DNA of 6,312 bases from Candidatus Helarchaeota ASGARD archaeon Hel_GB_B (GCA_005191425.1 SUPR01000155.1:1-6312), one strand, 5' to 3'. Positions 1-6,296 are shown, counted from the first letter of the stretch. The notes: generated from the letters alone by a model not told the origin. Made by a program: numbers and translations.

Positions 1-69
1 TAATAATGCAAGTAAACTTGCTCTAAATAATAAGTTTAAGATAGAATGGAAAAATTTTAGTAAGTCCAT
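1..69 (-). CDS. 5' end of a putative CDS running off the left edge (hypothetical, hydrophobic N-terminus)
   Basis: Manual translation from ATG at 69-67 gives MDLLKIFHSILNLLFRASLLALL, open for 23 codons to position 1. It is co-oriented with the ZIP gene and starts 66 bp after its stop. Too short to identify. Confidence 0.4.
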   Translation of the reverse strand, partial: MDLLKFFHSILNLLFRASLLALL

Positions 70-114
70 TTAAAAATAAATGTTTTTAATTTTTAAATAA
101 TAAATATTTAAAAT

Positions 115-135
115 AAAAAAATTATTTATAACAAA
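115..135 (-). terminator. Possible oligo-T archaeal terminator after the ZIP gene
   Basis: T7 run on the minus strand (plus-strand A run 115-121) about 15 nt after the TAA stop. Weak evidence in such AT-rich DNA. Confidence 0.25.
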
Positions 136-888
136 TTATTCATGTCCAAATATTACCTTAAAAGTCCACATAATCATTATTCCAAGAAAGAATATTATAA
201 ATGTTAAAACAATTTTTTTACCTGAGTGTTCTTTTCTTATTTCTGGAATCAAGTCAGCTGCTGCAATATAAATAAAACCGCCAGCCGCAAATGAGAGTAA
301 GTAAGGTGTAATATTTTCTATTAAGTCAGTTAAATAATAACCAATGATTCCACCGAGGACTGCAATAATAGCTGATAGAAAATTTAAATAAAGTGCTTTT
401 TTCCTTGAAAATCCTCCATAAACTAAAACTCCGAAATCACCAATTTCTTGTGGTATTTCATGAAATATTACAGCAATGGTCGTGATAAGTCCTAATTGAA
501 GTGAAATAGCAAATGATCCTGCAATTATTAATCCATCAATAAAATTATGGACACCATCACCGATAAGATTTAACCATTTGAAAGTATGAAACTCGCAAAT
601 ATGTTCTTTTTCGACATTATGGCATTGATGATAATCAAGTATTTTTTCTATAACAAAAAATAGAACAAATCCTAATATTAATACATAGTATATTTCCAGA
701 GATTCTACTTGTTCAATAGCTTCTGGCAATAAGTGGAAGAATCCACCTGCTAATAATGCTCCTGCAGCTAAACTGACTAAATAGTAGACAATTTTATTTA
801 GTAATTTAGTATTAATTCCAAGAGTAAAAATTCCTACAAATGCTATTAAACTTACAATAAATGTACTGAGTATTATATACCATATCAT
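136..888 (-). CDS. ZIP (SLC39/ZupT-like) family divalent metal transporter, about 250 aa
   Basis: About 8 hydrophobic segments. TM4 motif GDGVHNFIDG and TM5 motif FHEIPQEIGDF are typical of ZIP transporters, as are the His/Cys loop before TM4 and the C-terminal AAGGFIYIAAADLIPE. The track start is 930, but ATG at 888-886 follows GAAGGG at 6 nt spacing and precedes TM1 directly, so 888 is preferred. Confidence 0.93.
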   Translation of the reverse strand: MIWYIILSTFIVSLIAFVGIFTLGINTKLLNKIVYYLVSLAAGALLAGGFFHLLPEAIEQVESLEIYYVLILGFVLFFVIEKILDYHQCHNVEKEHICEFHTFKWLNLIGDGVHNFIDGLIIAGSFAISLQLGLITTIAVIFHEIPQEIGDFGVLVYGGFSRKKALYLNFLSAIIAVLGGIIGYYLTDLIENITPYLLSFAAGGFIYIAAADLIPEIRKEHSGKKIVLTFIIFFLGIMIMWTFKVIFGHE

Positions 889-1123
889 GATTTTCCCTTC
901 TAAATTTAAAATTTTAGAAAATAATATCATAATATATTATAAATATTTTGAGAAATATCGTTGAGTTCTAATATTTATTTTTTAATTTATGGAATTTATT
1001 AAGATTATTATCCAATATAACAGGTTTAAATTATATTTGAGGTCTTACTTTTACCCCAAAATTTTATAATTGTTAAAAAGAAATATTTCTATTTAATTAA
1101 AAATTAAGGTAATTTAAAAATTT

Positions 1124-1822
1124 TTATATAGAATCAGTTTGTCTTTTTGGATTAATTATTTTTGAGACATCTTCTGTAATTTTATATAAAACACTTTTTT
1201 TTCCTTTAGGAACTAATGAAATAGAAGTTGGATCAGCTCTAACTTTAATTCCATCAATTGTTGTAGATTTTGTAAAGTTTTCTATTGATAAGACAGTTCT
1301 ATCAAACATTTTTTCTAAATTTTTTACAATTTTATTAGTTTCGGAAGTAAATTCAGTAAAATTTTTTTTCAATGAATTAGTAGCAGATGATAATGAATGA
1401 TCCATATTATCTGTTGCTTTTATTAAATTTTCAGTTGATTTTAATAAAGCTTTTTCTATTGATTTAGCTGTTAAGTCTAAAGATTCAGCAGTTTTTAAGA
1501 AAGCATCTGATACTTGATTTAAATTATTAGTAGCTGAAATTAAAGAATCGTATAAAAGTTATGTTGTCTTTAAAAAATTCTCGGATACTTAATTTAATTT
1601 GTTCGTGGTTTCTATTAATGAATTTGAAATAATTTCAGCAGTTTTTAAAAATGCTTTTGATACTTCTGTCAAATTATCTGAAGTTTTTTCTAATGATTCT
1701 GATATTGAATTAGCTGATTCATTTAAAATATCTTTTAGTTCATTTGTTGTATCTTCAGCTTTCTTAATTAATAAATTAAGTTTATTATTTATTTTCTCTA
1801 TAAAAGGAATTCTAAGCTTCAT
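1124..1822 (-). pseudogene. Single 232-codon gene for an amphipathic-helix/coiled-coil repeat protein, interrupted by two in-frame TAA codons (1591-1589 and 1561-1559). Pseudogene, sequence error or readthrough.
   Basis: Track ORFs 1589..1822 and 1124..1405 share one frame. The intervening sequence reads ...TNKLN*VSENFLKTT*LLYDSLISATNNLNQVSDAFLKTAESLDLTAKSIEKALLKSTENLIKATDN-MDHS..., which continues the same repeat pattern. ATG at 1822 is preceded by AAAAAGGTTAAA. Confidence 0.75.
1472..1696 (-). repeat. Three tandem degenerate 75-nt (25-aa) coding repeats
   Basis: R1 1696-1622 SLEKTSDNLTEVSKAFLKTAEIISN; R2 1621-1547 SLIETTNKLN*VSENFLKTT*LLYD; R3 1546-1472 SLISATNNLNQVSDAFLKTAESLDL. R1 and R3 share TTAAAAACTGCTGAA exactly. 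Confidence 0.85.
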
Positions 1823-1960
1823 TTTAACCTTTTTTAATGTATTTTTTAATTATATTATATAATATTATAAATTCTTGAACGAAAATTTGGTCTTTTAAAT
1901 AAATTAATTTATCGGAACTTTTCAATTTACTAATTTAAAACCTTTAATTTAAAAAAATAA

Positions 1961-2728
1961 TTAATTTTGAATTTTAACAATATGATTGATTTCATCAATT
2001 ATAACATCAATTGATTTCAAAAATTTTAACCCATTTCTTTCAAGAATATTTTCTTGTGAAATTGTATAAATTTCGTATAAGGAGAAAAATTTTTCTAAAT
2101 AATTATTAAAACAATTACAACATAAAATTGGTACTTCAATCTTATATTTTAAATCTAGAGATTTTATTTTTAATATTAATTTTAACAATTGAAATTTTAA
2201 TTCAATACTTTCAATAGGGGTACCACATATTGAACATTTGGCTTCATAAATTTTTAGTAATTCAAAATATATTTTAGAAAAATCTTCTTCATTATAATTA
2301 TCATCCAGTGATATTATTAAATTTACAAGTCTTGAGGTTAATTTATAATCTAGAATTAAATTTTTAAATTGTTTTAAATTATCAAATTTTATTTTATCAG
2401 GTTTTTCATTTATTTTATCAAAACAAAAATACTCAAGATTATCTTGGTCTAAAATATATTTCAAATATTCTGATAATTTCAAATATAAAATTAAATTTTT
2501 CAATAATCGTGGATTATTCATATTATTTTTATAATATTCTCTAGTTAATTCAACATAATCATTTAATGTTTCAAAAATAATTTTAAGAAATCCTTCTTGA
2601 AATACAAATGGTGATAAAGTTATATTTAATACTTTAAAATATAATAAATCTCTAATAGTTGATATTAGATTAAATCTGAAAAAAATTTCGGGTTCATTAT
2701 ATGAATTTGTCAAATATAAACACCTCAA
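1961..2728 (-). CDS. Hypothetical protein, 255 aa, with putative Zn-binding CxxC...CCxC motif
   Basis: Long ORF with a TTG start. It contains CSICG (2236-2225) and LCCNC (2122-2111). No family recognised, and the start position is uncertain. Confidence 0.72.
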   Translation of the reverse strand: MRCLYLTNSYNEPEIFFRFNLISTIRDLLYFKVLNITLSPFVFQEGFLKIIFETLNDYVELTREYYKNNMNNPRLLKNLILYLKLSEYLKYILDQDNLEYFCFDKINEKPDKIKFDNLKQFKNLILDYKLTSRLVNLIISLDDNYNEEDFSKIYFELLKIYEAKCSICGTPIESIELKFQLLKLILKIKSLDLKYKIEVPILCCNCFNNYLEKFFSLYEIYTISQENILERNGLKFLKSIDVIIDEINHIVKIQN

Positions 2729-2774
2729 ATTTAAAATAAAAATATCATCATTTTTAAATCTTCAGAATTAAAAA

Positions 2775-2790
2775 TTAATTTAAGCTTTTT
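2775..2790 (-). promoter_or_regulatory. Candidate BRE/TATA for the 255-aa gene
   Basis: The minus strand reads AAAAAGCTTAAATT, a purine run followed by a TTAAAT box, about 27 nt upstream of ATG 2751. Confidence 0.3.
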
Positions 2791-2824
2791 ATATCAATTA
2801 ATAATTAAAAATATAGTTTTATGG

Positions 2825-2880
2825 TTTAATATGAATTTTAATATAAATAATTTTTAATATGAATTTTAATATAAATAATT
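2825..2880. repeat. Perfect 2x28-bp tandem direct repeat in the divergent intergenic region
   Basis: tttaatatgaattttaatataaataatt occurs at 2825-2852 and identically at 2853-2880. A degenerate third copy (atgaaattttaatataaaataa) lies at 2945-2966. Confidence 0.9.
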
Positions 2881-3104
2881 AGAGCCCAACAAAAATTATA
2901 TCTTAATTCATAAAAAGGTCTTTTATTTAATTTATAATAATAGGATGAAATTTTAATATAAAATAAATACATTATCAATTATATAATAAATAATATTATA
3001 TAAAAAAATTAGTATCCAATTATGTTTTAACTTCTAAAACTAATTTCAATTCAATAATCTTTTAGAAAAATAATAACAAAGGATATATTTTCTGATAATT
3101 TTTC

Positions 3105-3125
3105 TAAAAAAATTATTTAAATTAT
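3105..3125 (+). promoter_or_regulatory. Candidate BRE/TATA for the K+ channel, probably a leaderless transcript
   Basis: An A run is followed by TTTAAA (3116-3121), about 28 nt upstream of ATG 3149. No Shine-Dalgarno site precedes 3149. Confidence 0.3.
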
Positions 3126-3148
3126 ATTATTAATAAATTTATAATTAT

Positions 3149-4153
3149 ATGATAATTTTTAAAATTATAAATCGTATTATTAAGCAATTAAAACATTTAA
3201 CAAAAACATTAATCGGTAAGGCGTTAATTATTGCATTATGTATGATTATTGCCGGGACATTTGCGTTTTATTTTTTAGAGATTCAATACCAGAATTTAAC
3301 ATTATTAGATACTTTTTATTGGACTATAATAACTATGACTACAATTGGTTATGGTGATATATCGCCGGTTTCACCAGGAGGGAAAATTTTATCATTATTT
3401 ATAGCTATATTTGGAGTTTCGATAATGGCAGTTTCTATGGGTTCAATAGCAAGTTTTATTCTTGAATTAAAATTTTTTAAAGAGAGGAGGTTTGTAAAAA
3501 TGGCTCAAAATATGAAGGATTTTATTTTAATATGTGGATGGAATGAAAGAATTAAAATCATTTTAGAGGAATTAAAAAATGAGTATACAAATATTGTAAT
3601 AATATCCGAAAAAGAGAGACCAGAAGATTGGGATTCATCAATTCCATATATTCATGGTGATCCATCTAATGATGATATTTTGAAAAAGGCAAATGTATTT
3701 AATGCATCTAAAGCGCTTATTGATTTGGACGATGATGGAAAATCATTATTAACAGTACTTTCAATAGAGTCGTTAAATCCAGAATGTTATACAATTGCAA
3801 AGATCAATAATCATGAAAATGCTCAACATTTTAAAAGAGTCAATTGTGATAAAGTCATTTGTAAAAATACAATATTAGGGAAATTATTAACAATATCAGT
3901 TCATACACCGGAAGTATTTACAGCTTATGATGAATTGATTTCAATCGCAGGTAATGAAATATATCCATTATATAAAATTGAAGACTATATCGGTAAAGAT
4001 TTTAAGGATTTGATTATTCTGCTTAAAGAAAAACATAATGCCACATTAATTGGTTTAATTAGAGATAATAAAACTTTAATAAATCCTTCTTTAGATGAGA
4101 AAATTCAAAAAAATGATATACTATTATTAATCTCAGAAAAAAGAATTGAATAG
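3149..4153 (+). CDS. MthK/Kch-type two-TM potassium channel with C-terminal RCK (TrkA-N + TrkA-C) domain, 334 aa
   Basis: The layout is TM1, pore helix (FYWTIITMT), selectivity filter TTIGYGD (3338-3358), then TM2. The RCK domain has ILICGW, IHGDP and KANV motifs resembling MthK (VVICGW, VHGDP, KANV), followed by a TrkA-C-like tail (LIGLIRD..LINP....IQKNDILLLI). Confidence 0.95.
   Translation: MIIFKIINRIIKQLKHLTKTLIGKALIIALCMIIAGTFAFYFLEIQYQNLTLLDTFYWTIITMTTIGYGDISPVSPGGKILSLFIAIFGVSIMAVSMGSIASFILELKFFKERRFVKMAQNMKDFILICGWNERIKIILEELKNEYTNIVIISEKERPEDWDSSIPYIHGDPSNDDILKKANVFNASKALIDLDDDGKSLLTVLSIESLNPECYTIAKINNHENAQHFKRVNCDKVICKNTILGKLLTISVHTPEVFTAYDELISIAGNEIYPLYKIEDYIGKDFKDLIILLKEKHNATLIGLIRDNKTLINPSLDEKIQKNDILLLISEKRIE
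3485..3502 (+). promoter_or_regulatory. Internal Shine-Dalgarno site and in-frame ATG (Met118) for a soluble RCK subunit
   Basis: AGGAGGT at 3485-3491, an 8-nt spacer, then ATG at 3500-3502, in frame with 3149 and located between TM2 and the RCK domain. Confidence 0.7.
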
Positions 4154-4200
4154 ATTTAACTAAAAAATAGAAAATTTTGGATTTAATATTAAATGACAGT
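4154..4200. terminator. Short convergent terminator region between the channel and AOR genes
   Basis: 47-bp gap between converging stops, with a T6 tract on the minus strand (4162-4167) and the 14-bp palindrome atttaatattaaat (4171-4184). Confidence 0.3.
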
Positions 4201-6231
4201 TTATTTTTTAATAGAAGAATTAATAATTGGTTCAGGACGTCCTTTACAAATTTTAAGGTCATCAATACAAAAATCAAGCCCTAATTTTTCTAAAGTTTCT
4301 TTTTTAGGTATTCCTGTTTCATCAAATCCAATATATTCATAATAATATTTGATCATTGGTTCTACATCTATTTTTTTACCCTTTAATGGCCCTTTTTCCA
4401 TAGGTGGATCTCCTATTGCACGTTTTGAAACTTCATGTCGGATTGCTCCTTCTCTTGCATTAAACATTTGCCTTAAAGTTTGTATTCGCCAACCAATTTC
4501 TAAGATTTCATCAACGCTAATACTCCATCCTGTAACAGCCTTAATCATTTCAAGTAATGGATATCGTCCGCACCATTCTGAAAACATACACAACCCTAAA
4601 CTATTAAAGCTTTGAATGAATTTTACAACTTCTGCTTGAGCTTTGCCTTTCTTTTTAGGATTTTTGCTGTTTTTCACTTTAAAACCTTTTAAAAAGAGAT
4701 TTCCAGGGCCAGCTAAAAAGTAATCTATACTGCCTGCTGTATGTCGTCCGGGAGTTGGATCAGCTACATAAGTTAACATTAATCCTTTTGTAAACCTTGC
4801 ATCATGCATAGGTAATTCTTGACCACCTGAATGAATTGCAAATTCTTCAGAACCTTTAATTTTTTCACTTGCTTTCTTAACACCATTTGCTAAAATATCA
4901 CCAATACCTTCTCTGTTTACAATCATTTTACACAATGGTAGAAGATATTCTGATTTATTCCATTCAGGAAGGAATCCATCTGGATAATCTTTACATTTAA
5001 AATCTTCTTTCTTTAAGAGCCCTTGTTCAACACATTCTAAAGCATAAGCAATAACTCCACCACAAGATATTGTATCAATTCCTTGACGATTTAGATATTC
5101 ATTTATGAGTATAATTGTTTTCAAGTCATCATTTAATAATAAACCACTAAAAGCTGCTAGAGTTTCATATTCAGGTCTATGAACATCTTTAAGTCCTAGT
5201 TCAGGTATATCTAATTTAGCACCGCATCTTAATGGACATGTATAACAGCCTACAGGTTCTGTTACAAATTTTTTTAAATATGAACCATCCATCTTTTTAT
5301 ATCTTTTTTCTGGAAATTCTAATTTGGCAACTCCCTTATAATTTTTTATCGGAGCATCTCCAATATTAGTTAAAATTCCATAAAAGAAAGGAGTACCAAC
5401 TTTATGTAGAAATTGAGCATATAATGAGGCGATCTTAAATTTTGAATAATGAATCTTAGTAATTCTTAGTAATGATGCAAAATTAGGAGAAAGATTAACA
5501 ACTGTTGATATAAATAAATTTTTTTTCTTTTTATTGATTCTCTTATTATACTCTTTTGAAAGTTCTACCATTAGTTTTCTATCAGCTATTTTTAACTTCT
5601 TTTTATTGGTAATACATATTGTTTTTAATTTTTTAGACCCCATAACTGCTCCTAAACCACTTCTTGCAGCAATACGTGCGCTATCATTAACAATTCCAGC
5701 TATTAAACACTTATTTTCACCACCAGAACCAATTGTCGCAGAATCACATTTACCATACTTCTTTTTCAATATATTTTCAGTTTCTACTACATCTTTACCC
5801 CATAATTCGGATGCATCAATTAATTCATTACCTTTTTCACCAATATGTAGATATACCGGTTCTTTTGCGATACCTGTTATAAATATTGCATCATAACCAG
5901 ATCTTTTTATTGCATTTCCAAAATTCCCACCTGAATTAGAATCACCCCATCCGCCAGTTAATGGACTTTTACCACATACCATATATCTACCTGAAAAGGG
6001 TGCAGTACTACCTGTCAATAAACCCGGACAGAAACCTATTATATTATCAGGACCTAATGGATCACATTTCGGTTTTATTCTTGTATATATATAATAAACT
6101 CCTAGTCCATATCCACCTAAATATTTTTTATATATCTCTATATCAGGCTCTTCTTCTTTTATTTCTTCTTTTGTTAAATCAACCCAAAGTATTTTACCAT
6201 TATATCCGTAATTATCACTCAATTCAATCAC
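4201..6231 (-). CDS. aor: Aldehyde:ferredoxin oxidoreductase family (tungstopterin, [4Fe-4S]) enzyme, about 673-676 aa
   Basis: Family motifs present: GYNGKILWVDLT, GRYMVCGKSPLTGGWGDSNSGG, AARSGLGAVMGSKKLK, CxxCxxxC (CYTCPLRC, 5247-5224), PEYET, NRQGIDTIS, ELPMHD, NSLGLC (fourth Cys) and RQMFNAREG. The start is either GTG 6231 or TTG 6222, the latter preceded by SD-like GTGAT. The symbol is family-level only; the substrate subgroup was not determined. Confidence 0.95.
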   Translation of the reverse strand: MIELSDNYGYNGKILWVDLTKEEIKEEEPDIEIYKKYLGGYGLGVYYIYTRIKPKCDPLGPDNIIGFCPGLLTGSTAPFSGRYMVCGKSPLTGGWGDSNSGGNFGNAIKRSGYDAIFITGIAKEPVYLHIGEKGNELIDASELWGKDVVETENILKKKYGKCDSATIGSGGENKCLIAGIVNDSARIAARSGLGAVMGSKKLKTICITNKKKLKIADRKLMVELSKEYNKRINKKKKNLFISTVVNLSPNFASLLRITKIHYSKFKIASLYAQFLHKVGTPFFYGILTNIGDAPIKNYKGVAKLEFPEKRYKKMDGSYLKKFVTEPVGCYTCPLRCGAKLDIPELGLKDVHRPEYETLAAFSGLLLNDDLKTIILINEYLNRQGIDTISCGGVIAYALECVEQGLLKKEDFKCKDYPDGFLPEWNKSEYLLPLCKMIVNREGIGDILANGVKKASEKIKGSEEFAIHSGGQELPMHDARFTKGLMLTYVADPTPGRHTAGSIDYFLAGPGNLFLKGFKVKNSKNPKKKGKAQAEVVKFIQSFNSLGLCMFSEWCGRYPLLEMIKAVTGWSISVDEILEIGWRIQTLRQMFNAREGAIRHEVSKRAIGDPPMEKGPLKGKKIDVEPMIKYYYEYIGFDETGIPKKETLEKLGLDFCIDDLKICKGRPEPIINSSIKK

Positions 6232-6296
6232 TAAAACTAGTTAATTTATTATGTTTAACCATATTAATTTTAGCTATAATTTAAAATTTAATTTAT

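Noticed and set aside
1124-1405. Track ORFs of 93 aa (1124..1405) and 77 aa (1589..1822) as independent genes
   Set aside because: They share one frame and a continuous repeat pattern across the gap, and no clear RBS precedes ATG 1405. Treated as one interrupted gene.
1559-1591. Genome-wide TAA reassignment to Gln/Glu
   Set aside because: TAA ends the ZIP, repeat, 255-aa and AOR ORFs. The long conserved genes have no internal stops.
1472-1696. DGR-type template/variable repeat pair or GvpC-like repeats
   Set aside because: Differences between repeats are not adenine-specific and there is no reverse transcriptase in the window. The period is 25 aa rather than about 33 and no gvp genes are nearby.
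1599-1862. Track ORF, 87 aa, + strand
   Set aside because: Antisense shadow of the helical-repeat gene, with F/S-rich composition typical of a reverse frame.
1899-1912. 14-bp perfect palindrome ataaattaatttat, and similar ones at 929-940, 2772-2781 and 4171-4184
   Set aside because: All-A/T palindromes are expected by chance in about 90% AT intergenic DNA.
2825-2966. CRISPR array
   Set aside because: The copies abut without spacers, only two are exact, and no cas genes are present.
4059-4277. Track ORF, 72 aa, - strand
   Set aside because: Overlaps the AOR 3' end in another frame and the channel gene antisense; no recognisable features.
4349-4615. Track ORF, 88 aa, + strand
   Set aside because: Lies entirely antisense within the well-supported AOR gene.
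4573-5100. Asn instead of Asp in both DxxGL(D/C) pterin-binding motifs of AOR (NRQGID, NSLGLC)
   Set aside because: Asn at this position is a common variant in the family, so it is not evidence of altered cofactor use.
5534-5896. Track ORF, 120 aa, + strand
   Set aside because: Antisense shadow within AOR.
136-6231. ZIP + Zn-finger + K+ channel + AOR as one functional system
   Set aside because: Mixed orientations, separate promoter candidates and long intergenic gaps. Nothing in the sequence links them beyond adjacency.
5961-6284. Track ORF, 107 aa, + strand
   Set aside because: Antisense to the AOR 5' end, with low-complexity Y/L/I composition.
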